From the sequence record DRR378314_197: a stretch of 64,000 nucleotides of DNA; one strand, written 5' to 3'. The translations under genes were made by a program, and so were the position numbers. The notes under the pieces were generated by a model. That model saw only the letters and a program-made list of their open reading frames with translations. It was not told the DNA's origin and did not search any database. This document shows, in pieces, positions 29,163-39,382 of this stretch; the first letter of the stretch is position 1; each line of letters opens with the position of its first letter.

Positions 29163-31196
29163 ATGAGCCAATCCGCACGTAAAATACTGGTTACTAACGC
29201 ACTGCCTTACGCAAACGGCCCTATCCATATCGGTCACATGTTGGGCTATATTCAGGCCGATATCTGGGTACGCTTTCAGAAGCTGCGCGGCAATGAATGC
29301 CACTTCGTCTGTGCTGACGATGCGCATGGCACACCTATTATGCTGAAAGCCCAGCAGCTAGGTATAACGCCGGAACAAATGATTGGCGACATGCAACGCT
29401 CGCATGAATCCGATTTTAGTGACTTTTTAGTCGGTTTTGACCATTACTACAGCACACATAGTGACGAAAACCGTGAGTTGGCTGAGACTATCTACACGCG
29501 TCTTGATAAAGCCGGACATATTAAAACCAAAGTCATTGAACAGCTGTATGACCCACAAAAAGAGATGTTCCTGCCCGATCGCTTCGTTAAGGGCGAGTGT
29601 CCGGATTGCGGTGCAGAAGACCAGTACGGCGACAACTGCGATGTTTGTGGTGCAACATACGCACCAACCGACCTGAAAAACCCCAAGTCGGTGGTTTCTG
29701 GCGCAGAACCCGAACTGCGTGAGTCAGAACATTACTTTTTCGATCTGCCGGCATTTGGTGACATGCTAAAAAGCTGGACGCGCTCTGGCTCATTGCAAAA
29801 TGAAATGGCGAACAAGCTCAACGAATGGTTTGAACAAGGCTTGCAACGGTGGGACATTTCCCGCGACGCGCCCTACTTTGGCTTTAAAATTCCCGGCACC
29901 GAAAATAAATACTTCTACGTATGGCTGGATGCGCCTATAGGCTACATGAGCAGCTTTAAAAACTATTGCTCAACCACAGGCAAAGCAGACTGGGACACTT
30001 ATTGGCAAGCTGACAGCGAAGCCGAGCTTTATCACTTTATTGGCAAAGACATTATCTACTTCCACAGCTTATTCTGGCCTGCCATGTTAAAAGGTGCCGA
30101 TTTCCGTCAACCAACCAATGTCTGGGCACATGGCTTTATTACGGTTAACGGGACTAAAATGTCCAAATCGAAAGGGACATTCATTAAGGCTCGTACCTAC
30201 CTTGAGCATCTTGATCCGGAATATTTGCGTTATTACTTTGCAGCCAAACTGACAAGCCGTATTGACGATTTAGACCTAAATCTGACCGACTTCGCTCAAC
30301 GGGTCAATTCAGACCTTGTTGGCAAGGTGATTAACATTGCCAGCCGCTGCGCCGGTTTTATTCAGAAGAAGTTCGATGGAAGACTTTCAGCTAACGTAGC
30401 TGACTCAGCACTGTTAGAAGACTTTCAGCTAGCCGGTGACAACATCGCTGAGCTTTATGAAAAACGAGAGTTCTCACGTGCCATGCGCGACATTATGGCG
30501 TTGGCTGATCGTGCGAACCAGTACATTGCGGATAAAGAACCCTGGCAGTTAATTAAGCAGGAAGGCAGCGAGCAGGAAGTTCATGAAATTTGCTCGTTGG
30601 GTATCAACCTATTCCGAGTGTTAATGGTTTATTTAGCGCCAGTTGTACCAAAACTGACCGAAGAAGTGCAGAGCTTCTTAAACGACAACTTCACCTGGGA
30701 CAGCCACAAAATGGCTTTAACAGACCACCCGATAGACAAATTCAAAGCGCTCATGCAGCGCGTTGAAATGGATGACGTAAACGCCATGATTGACGCATCA
30801 AAAGAAGAGCAAGCTTCACAAGCTCCGGCTGTGGAAATCAATGACGAATTGAAGAAAGAACCCATTGCCGATGAAATCAGTTTTGACGATTTTGCTAAAG
30901 TTGATTTACGCGTTGCCCGCATAGCAAATGCTGAGCACGTCGAAGGTGCTGATAAGTTATTGAAACTGACATTGGATCTTGGCGGTGAAACTCGTCAGGT
31001 ATTTGCCGGCATTAAATCAGCTTATGATCCGGAAGCATTGAAAGGTCAATTAACCGTTATGGTTGCGAACTTGGCACCTCGAAAAATGCGCTTTGGTTTA
31101 TCTGAAGGCATGGTGCTTGCAGCAGGCCCGGGTAAAGATGAAATCTACATTCTGAACCCGCACGATGGCGCCAAACCCGGTATGAGAATAATGTAA
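29163..31196 (+). CDS. metG: methionine--tRNA ligase
   Basis: [11 protein letters not shown], zinc knuckle, KMSKS, C-terminal tRNA-binding OB domain. Confidence 0.98.
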   Translation: MSQSARKILVTNALPYANGPIHIGHMLGYIQADIWVRFQKLRGNECHFVCADDAHGTPIMLKAQQLGITPEQMIGDMQRSHESDFSDFLVGFDHYYSTHSDENRELAETIYTRLDKAGHIKTKVIEQLYDPQKEMFLPDRFVKGECPDCGAEDQYGDNCDVCGATYAPTDLKNPKSVVSGAEPELRESEHYFFDLPAFGDMLKSWTRSGSLQNEMANKLNEWFEQGLQRWDISRDAPYFGFKIPGTENKYFYVWLDAPIGYMSSFKNYCSTTGKADWDTYWQADSEAELYHFIGKDIIYFHSLFWPAMLKGADFRQPTNVWAHGFITVNGTKMSKSKGTFIKARTYLEHLDPEYLRYYFAAKLTSRIDDLDLNLTDFAQRVNSDLVGKVINIASRCAGFIQKKFDGRLSANVADSALLEDFQLAGDNIAELYEKREFSRAMRDIMALADRANQYIADKEPWQLIKQEGSEQEVHEICSLGINLFRVLMVYLAPVVPKLTEEVQSFLNDNFTWDSHKMALTDHPIDKFKALMQRVEMDDVNAMIDASKEEQASQAPAVEINDELKKEPIADEISFDDFAKVDLRVARIANAEHVEGADKLLKLTLDLGGETRQVFAGIKSAYDPEALKGQLTVMVANLAPRKMRFGLSEGMVLAAGPGKDEIYILNPHDGAKPGMRIM

Positions 31197-31208
31197 TCAA
31201 TCGGGCAA

Positions 31209-31511
31209 CTAGTCCATTGATATAATACGACACCCCAGAATAAAGTCGCCGCTGTTGTCTTCCAGTCTCTGACTGCGAACAACTTCAGCGGTAACTTTCA
31301 ACGGGGCTATGGAACCAGACGAGCCAATTTCCGCAAATAAGCTATCGCCAATTTCTGCGTTTTCAGGTAATTGCAAAGATAAACCAACCGCACTTAAATC
31401 AAGACAAATCCCCTGTAACTGCTGCTCTCCCTTTTCATTTTTAAGAGTAACCTTTACATCTGCATTGACTGCCATTCGCATGAAATTTCGATTTTCCGGG
31501 GATTCCAACAT
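31209..31511 (-). CDS. stand-alone PilZ-domain c-di-GMP receptor
   Basis: RNFMR (RxxxR) and DLSAVG (DxSxxG). Confidence 0.88.
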   Translation of the reverse strand: MLESPENRNFMRMAVNADVKVTLKNEKGEQQLQGICLDLSAVGLSLQLPENAEIGDSLFAEIGSSGSIAPLKVTAEVVRSQRLEDNSGDFILGCRIISMD

Positions 31512-31549
31512 GTTGCCCTCTTATTTGTATATTAAGTGTAAATCTTACT

Positions 31550-31576
31550 TAAGTTTTAGCACGCCTTAGCCGATAA
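31550..31576 (+). promoter_or_regulatory. possible sigma28 promoter upstream of hspQ
   Basis: TAAG-N15-GCCGATAA. Confidence 0.4.
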
Positions 31577-31609
31577 AAAAACATTATCGGATAACATGGA
31601 ACCGTCATC

Positions 31610-31921
31610 ATGGTAGAAGCGAAGTTTTCAATTGGTCAACTTATAACACACAGCCTATACGGTTACCGTGGTGTTATTATTGATGCTGACCCGTGCTTCA
31701 CGCTATCTGACAGCTGGTACAATAAAATGGCAACCTCTAAACCGGCCAAAGATCAGCCGTGGTACCATATTTTAGTTAACAACTCGTCAATTCAGACTTA
31801 TGTCAGTGAAAGCAGCTTAGAAGCCGACTTTTCAGAGCAGGCAATTCAACACCCAATGGTTGACCTTTTGTTTTCGGGAAAATCCGCCAGCCAATATAAG
31901 CTGTCCGAAAACCTCAACTGA
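31610..31921 (+). CDS. hspQ: heat shock protein HspQ
   Basis: KFSIGQL.H..GYRGVI.D.DP, PWYH.L, TYV.E. Confidence 0.88.
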   Translation: MVEAKFSIGQLITHSLYGYRGVIIDADPCFTLSDSWYNKMATSKPAKDQPWYHILVNNSSIQTYVSESSLEADFSEQAIQHPMVDLLFSGKSASQYKLSENLN

Positions 31922-31982
31922 ATTTGCCGATGCCCAATGCTATAGTTACCATAGACTAAAATAGCGTAATAAGGGTAAGACA

Positions 31983-32351
31983 ATGGCAGAAGAAACGATT
32001 TTCACAAAAATTATTAACCGTGACATCCCTGCGGACATTATCTACGAAGATGACAAAGCGCTTGCGTTTAAAGATATAAATCCACAAGCCCCGTTCCACT
32101 GTTTGATCATTCCCAAACAACCTATTGCGACAGCAAACGACATTAATGAAGACAACGCCGGTTTGGTTGGTCACTTGTATGTGGTTGCAGCTAAATTAGC
32201 AGCGGAACATAATTTTTCACAAGACGGTTACCGGTTAGTCATGAACTGTAATGAGTATGGTGGCCAGACGGTGTATCACATTCATCTGCACATGCTGGCT
32301 GGAAAACAAATGGGCTGGCCACCTTATACTGATAAGAAAAAAGAAGCGTAA
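31983..32351 (+). CDS. hinT: histidine triad nucleotide-binding protein
   Basis: ETIF.KII, GQTVYHIHLH, GWPP. Confidence 0.92.
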   Translation: MAEETIFTKIINRDIPADIIYEDDKALAFKDINPQAPFHCLIIPKQPIATANDINEDNAGLVGHLYVVAAKLAAEHNFSQDGYRLVMNCNEYGGQTVYHIHLHMLAGKQMGWPPYTDKKKEA

Positions 32352-32356
32352 AGCAA

Positions 32357-32800
32357 TTAAGGGCGATACCGTGTATCAAGAATTTTATCAACGACCCAGG
32401 CATCGTCCCTTTTAATCAGTACCACATCACGGCTGTCCTTCGCTCTCTCACCGTTGTGATAGCCGTCAAAAATGACAGTTACTCGTAAATCTTCCGAATT
32501 ATTTAAGTAATCGGTAAAAGAGTTGGTTTCCACTTCAATTTCAACGGTTTCAAAATAGCGGCCAAGAACGTACCTCTGAACCGCACTAACCGCACCATAA
32601 TGATCAATTAAGTCAGCCATACGCTCTGAAGACAGCTGTTTCGCCTGCTCTAAGTCTCCGTCTTTATAAATTGAGTCATAAAAACCCTGGATAACTTCTT
32701 CCGGTTGGGCTTGTGCATAATTTATCGGTTCGTCGTCTCCACACGCAGATAACGTCACTATAGTGAAAGCCACTACCAATAAGTTTATAATTTTCATCAC
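32357..32800 (-). CDS. hypothetical lipoprotein (NTF2-like fold possible)
   Basis: lipobox LSAC; C-terminal L.K..D.W.V pattern. Confidence 0.65.
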   Translation of the reverse strand: MMKIINLLVVAFTIVTLSACGDDEPINYAQAQPEEVIQGFYDSIYKDGDLEQAKQLSSERMADLIDHYGAVSAVQRYVLGRYFETVEIEVETNSFTDYLNNSEDLRVTVIFDGYHNGERAKDSRDVVLIKRDDAWVVDKILDTRYRP

Positions 32801-32803
32801 CTG

Positions 32804-34543
32804 CTATTCTCCTTTTGCCACACCTTCGCGACGTGGGTCAGCACCGCCAATAAGAGTGCCGTCTGAATCAATGCTAACTCCGTGTAAGCCACTGTTTAAA
32901 TCAATAACCTTAACGTCATGTCCGCGCTTCTCTAAATCTGCTTTGAGTTCACTTATGTCCCGACCTTTTTCCAGCGAGGTATAATCATTACGGTTAGTTA
33001 CGTGACCAAGATTGATAGCTTGCTGGACGTTTAGGTTCCAGTCCAGCATGCCAACTAATGTCTGGCTGACATAATTAATAATTCGGCTGCCGCCGGGGGA
33101 ACCTAACGCGTGTAAAACCTGTTCACCCTTCTCGTCCAGTACAATAATGGGATCCATTGAACTACGGGGGCGTTTACCCGCCTCAACTCTGTTCGCATAC
33201 TTTTCTTTACCATCGCCCGGCGCCAGAGAAAAGTCCGTTAATTGGTTGTTTAACAAGAAACCGCCGGCCATGACCGTTGAGCCGAAACCCATTTCAATAC
33301 TGGTGGTCATAGACAATACATTGCCTTCGGCGTCGACTATTGAGACATGGCTGGTATTTGGCAGTTCATAAGCAATATCCTGCTCATACTCGGGCTGTAA
33401 CTGAACTCCCGGTTTTGCCTTGCCCATGTCATTTTCGGTAATTTTATCTGCCCGGCTCGACAAGTAAGTTTTGTCCAGCATGGCTTCAACTGGCATCTCT
33501 ACAAAGTCAGGATCCGCAATCCATTGGTTCCTGTCGGCATAAGCCATGCGTGACGCCTGAGTAAACAAATGAACGAATTGTTCTGAATTAGGTTCAAGCT
33601 CACCTAACTCAAAGTTTTCCAGCACGCCTAGTGTTTGCAGTGTTGTAATCCCCCCAGAACTTGGAGGTCCCATGCCACAGACTTGATATTGTCGATATGC
33701 GCTGCATACTGGTTCGCGCAGTTTGGCTTTGTATTGGCTTAAATCTTTAAGACTTAATGCGCCTGGCTCGATAGGGCTGTTTTGTACCGCATCCACAATC
33801 TTTGCTGCCAGTTCCCCCTGATAAAATGCATCAGCCCCCTGCTCAGCAATAAGACTTAAGCTCTTTGCATAGTCAGGGTTCTTGAGAATGGACCCCGCTT
33901 TCAATGGCTCTCCGTTAGGGAAAAAGTAGTCGCTGGCTTCAGGCATTTTTTTCACACCAGGGTTAATCTCCATCTCAACCAGCTTGGCCAGTCGCGGAGA
34001 TACTTCAAAACCCTCTTTTGAAAGTTCAATAGTTTGACTGAAAAGTGACGACCAATCCGCTTTGCCCCAACGTTTATGAGCTAATTCCAGGCCGCGAATG
34101 ACTCCCGGTGTCCCGACTGAACGGCCACCGACGACGGCGTCAATCCACTTAGGCGCATTACCTTCTTCATCCAGAAACAAAGACTCAGTAGCGTCCATAG
34201 GAGCAGTCTCACGCGCATCTATGCTGTACAGCTTGTTCTTTTCGTTATCCCAATACAGAATAAACGCACCGCCCCCCGGCCCCGATGACTGAGGTTCAAC
34301 CAGCCCGAGCATAGCCTGTACAGCAATAGCGGCATCAACTGCAGAACCACCACGCTTTAAAACCTGATAGCCAGCGTCAACAGCGTGCGGGTTCGCTGCA
34401 GCCACCATAAAGTTATCGGCAGTTACCGCACTCTTCTCAACAAAGCCAGTTGCGGCTTCCGGTTCACGCGTTTCTTGTTCGGATGCAGGCGTACAGGCAG
34501 TTAATACGCTTGCTGCAATTATTGTCGGTAGCCAGAACTTCAT
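32804..34543 (-). CDS. ggt: gamma-glutamyltransferase (lipoprotein)
   Basis: LTAC lipobox, VEPQSSG.GGG, N-TSH.SIVD (Thr nucleophile), KRPRSSM, GSPGGSRI, GADPRR. Confidence 0.95.
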   Translation of the reverse strand: MKFWLPTIIAASVLTACTPASEQETREPEAATGFVEKSAVTADNFMVAAANPHAVDAGYQVLKRGGSAVDAAIAVQAMLGLVEPQSSGPGGGAFILYWDNEKNKLYSIDARETAPMDATESLFLDEEGNAPKWIDAVVGGRSVGTPGVIRGLELAHKRWGKADWSSLFSQTIELSKEGFEVSPRLAKLVEMEINPGVKKMPEASDYFFPNGEPLKAGSILKNPDYAKSLSLIAEQGADAFYQGELAAKIVDAVQNSPIEPGALSLKDLSQYKAKLREPVCSAYRQYQVCGMGPPSSGGITTLQTLGVLENFELGELEPNSEQFVHLFTQASRMAYADRNQWIADPDFVEMPVEAMLDKTYLSSRADKITENDMGKAKPGVQLQPEYEQDIAYELPNTSHVSIVDAEGNVLSMTTSIEMGFGSTVMAGGFLLNNQLTDFSLAPGDGKEKYANRVEAGKRPRSSMDPIIVLDEKGEQVLHALGSPGGSRIINYVSQTLVGMLDWNLNVQQAINLGHVTNRNDYTSLEKGRDISELKADLEKRGHDVKVIDLNSGLHGVSIDSDGTLIGGADPRREGVAKGE

Positions 34544-34620
34544 AAGGCCTCATTCATATTGGGAGGAATTTCCCCTATCATACGAATCAGAAACCAATGA
34601 CGCAACGAAAAGGAAAACGA

Positions 34621-35190
34621 ATGGAGAGGTTTAATCAATACTGGGCAGGGCTTGCCCTTGTTCTGATTTTATCCATTTTTTTACAACTGATGCCTCAGTG
34701 GCACTCGTTACTGACTTTTAACTCAGAAACAGTTATGGCTGAAGGCTGGCCATTGATTAGCGCCCACTTTATTCATTTAGACTGGTGGCATGCGTTGTTT
34801 AACTTCATTGGGCTGGCGCTCATTGTTCTCATTTGGCGTGAATACTGGAGCACACGGTGGCTAATAAACGCTCTGCTGATAAGCGGTGTTGCAACCTCTC
34901 TAATGCTCTGGATTATGCCGGTTAATTTAAGCTTTGTCGGTTTATCTGGTGTGTTACACGGACTGCTTGCTTATTGCTTAATTAAGGACATTCGTGCGGG
35001 TAAAAAATGGATGTGGCTTATTCTAATTGCACTTGTCGCAAAGGTCGTTGCCGAGTTACTTGGCTGGCAGCCGGAGCATTTTGTTGGCGAGCATGTCAGC
35101 TATATTCACGCTGCAGGTCTGCTGAGCTCATTACTGATTTATAAATTAGAACGGCGCCGCATTAGTGACGCCGTTCCTCATGATAAGTAA
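34621..35190 (+). CDS. rhombosortase (rhomboid-family intramembrane protease)
   Basis: HFIH..WWHALFN, GLSGVLHGL, C-terminal H..G; alternative start at 34597. Confidence 0.75.
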   Translation: MERFNQYWAGLALVLILSIFLQLMPQWHSLLTFNSETVMAEGWPLISAHFIHLDWWHALFNFIGLALIVLIWREYWSTRWLINALLISGVATSLMLWIMPVNLSFVGLSGVLHGLLAYCLIKDIRAGKKWMWLILIALVAKVVAELLGWQPEHFVGEHVSYIHAAGLLSSLLIYKLERRRISDAVPHDK

Positions 35191-35198
35191 AATTAGTT

Positions 35199-37682
35199 TT
35201 ACTTCAGGTTTTCTTCAAACAACTTAAAAATCCGACGGTATTCGTTCAGCCAACTTTCAGGCTGACGGAAACCGTGCGGTTCCACCGGATAAATTGCCGT
35301 TTCCCAGTCTTCTTTCTTCAGCTCAATTAAACGCTGCACAAGGCGAACACTGTCCTGAAAAAACACATTGTCATCAACCATCGGAGAGTTGATAAGCAGC
35401 GCATCTTCTAAACCTTCAGCAAAGTAGATAGGGGAACTGCGACGATACGCAATAGTATCGTCCTGCGGTAAATTCAGAATGTTTGAGGTATAGCTGGTGT
35501 TATAATGAGCCCAGTCAGTCACCGGACGCAAAGCAGAGCCAGCCTCGAATAAACCAGGCTCTTTAAACAAGGCCATAAAAGTCAAAAAGCCACCATAAGA
35601 ACCGCCATAGGTTCCTAACTTGTCGCCATCAACGTTCAAGTCATTTTCTAAGTAAGTAGCAACATCGACCAGGTCTTCAACTTCCGGTGTTCCCATTTGA
35701 CGATAAATAGCGGTACGCCAGTCGCGCCCATAGCCTTTTGAGCCGCGGTAGTCGAGGTCTGCAACCACATAACCATTTTTATTTAATAAGCTGTGGAACA
35801 TGAACTCGCGGAAATAGCCTGACCAGCCCATGTGCGCGTTTTGCAAATAGCCAGCACCGTGAATGAACACAACAGCAGGATATTCTTTGGCTCTGTTTTC
35901 ATCAAAGCCTTCTGGCTTATAGATACGGGTATAAATAGGCTCTTCCACATGCGAAGACTCAATTCCAACCACTTCAGGCGCAGTCCAGTCAATACTCAGG
36001 AACTTTTCCGAAACCGTATGTGTCAGGCGCTTCGCTGTTTGAGATGAGTCTACAGCTTTATGATAAAGCTCAGGTGGCATTAACGGTGTTGAATGAGTCA
36101 GCAACAGCTCGTCACTTTCAGGGCTGAGCTCAAATGCGGTCATACCATCAAGGTCAGTCAAAGCTTCCGGTTCGCCGCTACCATCGGTTTTCACCCGGTA
36201 CACTTCGTAGATACCAGGATGTTCAATGTTCGCCTGAAAATACAGATAGTCTCCGCTACGATTTAAGTCGGCAGACTCGACAACATAATGACCTTTAGTT
36301 AACTGGCGCGTACTGCCATCAATGCTCGTCGCATACAACTGTGAATAACCATCAGCCTCGGACATGAACCACAACTCACTGCTGTTTAACCAACCAAACT
36401 CGTTGTGAGTGTAATTGATCCATGCATCGTCGTGTAAGCGGTCTTGAGAAACCAGTTTTTTACCGGCAGTATCAACAGTAGCAAGCCAGCGATCTTTGTT
36501 ATCCCAGGCTTCCAGCATCACCGCAACTTCAGTTCCTTCAGCGTTCCACTGAATAGCACCGTTATCCCAACCCCAGTCGGACATCAGAGTTATTGGGCGC
36601 GGCTTCTCTTCAGAGGTGTAGCTTTCGCCTTCTGCCTCAAGATTTTCGCGCTTCACTTCTGCCAAAACATCTTCATTCCAGCCTGGTAACGTATTGTAGG
36701 TTAGCGTCGACTGGCTGCCGTCGCTTAAATTGAGTAAAACCAATTGGTGTTCAACAGGCTTGGCATCAGCCACACGGCGACGCACGTTCTCACTTTTTAC
36801 GCGGCCATCTTCACTGATGTAGTTCGGCATAATATCGCCTTCATCACGCCAGCTTTGCGGCTCAGTAATAGCCACCAGCAAAAAGTCGCCTTTTGGTGAC
36901 AAACTGGCCGATACCAACTCTTTATTTTCAGGTAAGTAGAAAGGCTTAGGCGCTAAGGTTGAGTTTTGCGCATGTAAATTGGAACGCTGAGCAAAACGTT
37001 CTTCCGATGCCTTACGCTCTTTTTGCACAAACTGAATTAACTCTTGTTCTTCACGAGCAAGGTAATCCTTCGGTTCTTCGTTTGCCTTAGGCTTTTCTTT
37101 AAAAGCTAATGAAGCAACCTGGCGGCTTAACCCCGAGTTCACATCAATAACAAAAAAGTTATTATCTTGTTGGTAGCTCAACTGCCCATTGGTCATAGGC
37201 TGCAGATTATGCTGGCGAGCATCGTCACGGGTTAATTGACGGAGACTGCCGTCATTAAAACGAACAAAAATATTGCCTTCAAAGGTATAAGCTAAAAAGC
37301 TGTCATCCGCTGCATGCACTTTTTCATCGGCAACGTACTGATGCAGGTTTTCTATAGCCACTTTCTGTGGTTCACCGGCACCATTTTCCAGCATCATTAA
37401 GTCACGAATGTCGCTGCCTTCGCGCTTTTGATAAAAAAGAATGTCCTCACCATCCATACTCCAGAAAGCCTGCTCCGGGAAACGTCCCATCCAGTCCGGA
37501 TCAGCCATAATTTGTTCCATGGTGAGAGCGGCTGTTCCCTGCGCACTGGCAAGAGAGTTAGCTTGTAAGGTCGGTGTGTTTTTCTGCGTGTCAGCAGTAT
37601 TCGTATTCTGAGGAGAGGTTGATGCGCAAGAGGCGACAAACAATGCCGCCCCAATGGCCATCACCAGACGTGACTTCACCAT
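35199..37682 (-). CDS. S9 (DPP-IV/prolyl oligopeptidase) family lipoprotein peptidase
   Basis: VASC lipobox, HGAGY, DYRGS.GYG, GGSYGG, DDNV, E.HGF. Confidence 0.92.
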   Translation of the reverse strand: MVKSRLVMAIGAALFVASCASTSPQNTNTADTQKNTPTLQANSLASAQGTAALTMEQIMADPDWMGRFPEQAFWSMDGEDILFYQKREGSDIRDLMMLENGAGEPQKVAIENLHQYVADEKVHAADDSFLAYTFEGNIFVRFNDGSLRQLTRDDARQHNLQPMTNGQLSYQQDNNFFVIDVNSGLSRQVASLAFKEKPKANEEPKDYLAREEQELIQFVQKERKASEERFAQRSNLHAQNSTLAPKPFYLPENKELVSASLSPKGDFLLVAITEPQSWRDEGDIMPNYISEDGRVKSENVRRRVADAKPVEHQLVLLNLSDGSQSTLTYNTLPGWNEDVLAEVKRENLEAEGESYTSEEKPRPITLMSDWGWDNGAIQWNAEGTEVAVMLEAWDNKDRWLATVDTAGKKLVSQDRLHDDAWINYTHNEFGWLNSSELWFMSEADGYSQLYATSIDGSTRQLTKGHYVVESADLNRSGDYLYFQANIEHPGIYEVYRVKTDGSGEPEALTDLDGMTAFELSPESDELLLTHSTPLMPPELYHKAVDSSQTAKRLTHTVSEKFLSIDWTAPEVVGIESSHVEEPIYTRIYKPEGFDENRAKEYPAVVFIHGAGYLQNAHMGWSGYFREFMFHSLLNKNGYVVADLDYRGSKGYGRDWRTAIYRQMGTPEVEDLVDVATYLENDLNVDGDKLGTYGGSYGGFLTFMALFKEPGLFEAGSALRPVTDWAHYNTSYTSNILNLPQDDTIAYRRSSPIYFAEGLEDALLINSPMVDDNVFFQDSVRLVQRLIELKKEDWETAIYPVEPHGFRQPESWLNEYRRIFKLFEENLK

Positions 37683-37712
37683 ATTATTATTTTCCTTTTT
37701 AGGATCCCTGGA

Positions 37713-38351
37713 TTACTGTGCATCCGCTTGATTTTCAGGCCGAGCCTGTTGCACTGCGTCAAGCGCCTGCAAACGTTCATGCACCGCCATTAAAGTTGGA
37801 TATGCCGTTAAATCCAAATTAAAGCGTTGTGCATTGTATACCTGAGGTATCAAACAGATATCAGCCAATGTTACCGAATTACCATAGCAATAATCACCTG
37901 CATACTCGGTAAGCCGCTGTTCAAATGCGGTAAAACTTCGTTCTACCCAGTTAGCTATCCAGGCTGAGCGTTGCTCGTCACTGCAATTCAGCTCACCGGT
38001 TAAGTACTGTAGCACTCGTAAATTTGTAACAGGTTGCAGTTCGCAGGCTAAATCATAAGCCAAGGCTCTGACTCTGGCTTTGTCAGCTGGAGCGGAGGGC
38101 AATAAAGGTTTCTTTGGATAACACTCTTCCAGATACTCAATAATGGCTAAGGACTGATTTAATCTAACGTCGCCATCTAAAAAAGTAGGAACCAAACGCG
38201 CAGGATTAAGCTTTCGATAAGCCTCACTGTGCTGTTGTCCGCCGTCTTTTACTAAATGCACCGGTTCGTACTCGTACGCCAGCCCTTTGAGGTTTAACGC
38301 AATACGAACCCGGTAACTGGCGCTTGAGCGCCAGTAGCCGTAAAGTTTCAT
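37713..38351 (-). CDS. maiA: maleylacetoacetate isomerase
   Basis: YWRSSASYRVRIALNLK, QSLAIIEYL, PQVYNA.RF. Confidence 0.95.
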   Translation of the reverse strand: MKLYGYWRSSASYRVRIALNLKGLAYEYEPVHLVKDGGQQHSEAYRKLNPARLVPTFLDGDVRLNQSLAIIEYLEECYPKKPLLPSAPADKARVRALAYDLACELQPVTNLRVLQYLTGELNCSDEQRSAWIANWVERSFTAFEQRLTEYAGDYCYGNSVTLADICLIPQVYNAQRFNLDLTAYPTLMAVHERLQALDAVQQARPENQADAQ

Positions 38352-39376
38352 CACTTTTCAGGACCTTCGTATTGAACAACTTTTTGGTTAATGGTGCCGA
38401 ATATTGACTGGCCACCATCATCTTTCATTTCCATTTTTATGGTGTCACCAAATTGCATAAACTGCGTCGCCGGCTTGCCATCACGAATGGTTTCAATCAT
38501 ACGCACTTCGGCAATACAGCTGTAGCCAACACCACCTTCTTCAATAGAGGTTCCGTGGTCAGTTCCCTGTTTATTGGAAACTGTACCCGAGCCAATAATA
38601 GCACCAGCCCCTAAATGACGAGTCTTCGCTGCATGAGCAACCAACTGGCCAAAGTCAAAGGTCATATCTTCACCGGCATTAGGTTTACCAAAAGCTTTAC
38701 CGTTGTACTCTGACAATAGTGGCAAATGCACCTTGTTGGCTTTCCACGCGTCGCCCAGTTCATCTGGTGTTACCGCGACCGGCGAAAAAGCTGACGATGG
38801 TTTACTCTGGAAAAAGCCAAAACCTTTGCCCAGCTCGCCCGGAATAAGCCCGCGCAATGAAACGTCATTAACCAGCATCAATAACTTAATGTGCTGCCCG
38901 GCGGTCTTAGCATCAATACCCATTGGAACATCGTCAGTAATAATGGCAATTTCGCCTTCAAAGTCGATGCCCCATTCAGTGCTGCCCATTTCAATATCGT
39001 CGTAAGGCGCTAAGAAATCATCAGAACCGCCCTGGTACATTAAAGGATCTTCCCAGAAGCTCGGTGGCATCTCGGCACCACGTGCACGCCGAACTAATTC
39101 AACGTGGTTTACATAGGCACTGCCATCAGCCCACTGATACGCACGAGGTAGAGGCGACTCACATAAAGCTTCATCGAACTGGATACTGCCATCCACGTCG
39201 CTGTCGTTAAGCTGCTGATAGATTTTTTCGAGCTTAGGTGCAATGCCGTCCCAGTTGTCGAGCAACTCTTGCATGCAAGACGCAATAGCAGGAACCGCTA
39301 CTGCTGCATTTAAATTCCTGCTGACGACCATTAACTGACCGTCACGAGTACCATTTCTGTATGTGGCGAGTTTCAT
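38351..39376 (-). CDS. fumarylacetoacetate hydrolase-family protein
   Basis: PLPRAYQWADGSAY, IDFEGE, NDVSLR, GSGTVSN; pathway context. Confidence 0.9.
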   Translation of the reverse strand: MKLATYRNGTRDGQLMVVSRNLNAAVAVPAIASCMQELLDNWDGIAPKLEKIYQQLNDSDVDGSIQFDEALCESPLPRAYQWADGSAYVNHVELVRRARGAEMPPSFWEDPLMYQGGSDDFLAPYDDIEMGSTEWGIDFEGEIAIITDDVPMGIDAKTAGQHIKLLMLVNDVSLRGLIPGELGKGFGFFQSKPSSAFSPVAVTPDELGDAWKANKVHLPLLSEYNGKAFGKPNAGEDMTFDFGQLVAHAAKTRHLGAGAIIGSGTVSNKQGTDHGTSIEEGGVGYSCIAEVRMIETIRDGKPATQFMQFGDTIKMEMKDDGGQSIFGTINQKVVQYEGPEK

Positions 39377-39382
39377 AAGTTG

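Noticed and set aside
25032-32351. SelO, HinT and the Fic protein as one AMPylation circuit
   Set aside because: The genes are far apart, in unrelated transcription units, and individually widespread.
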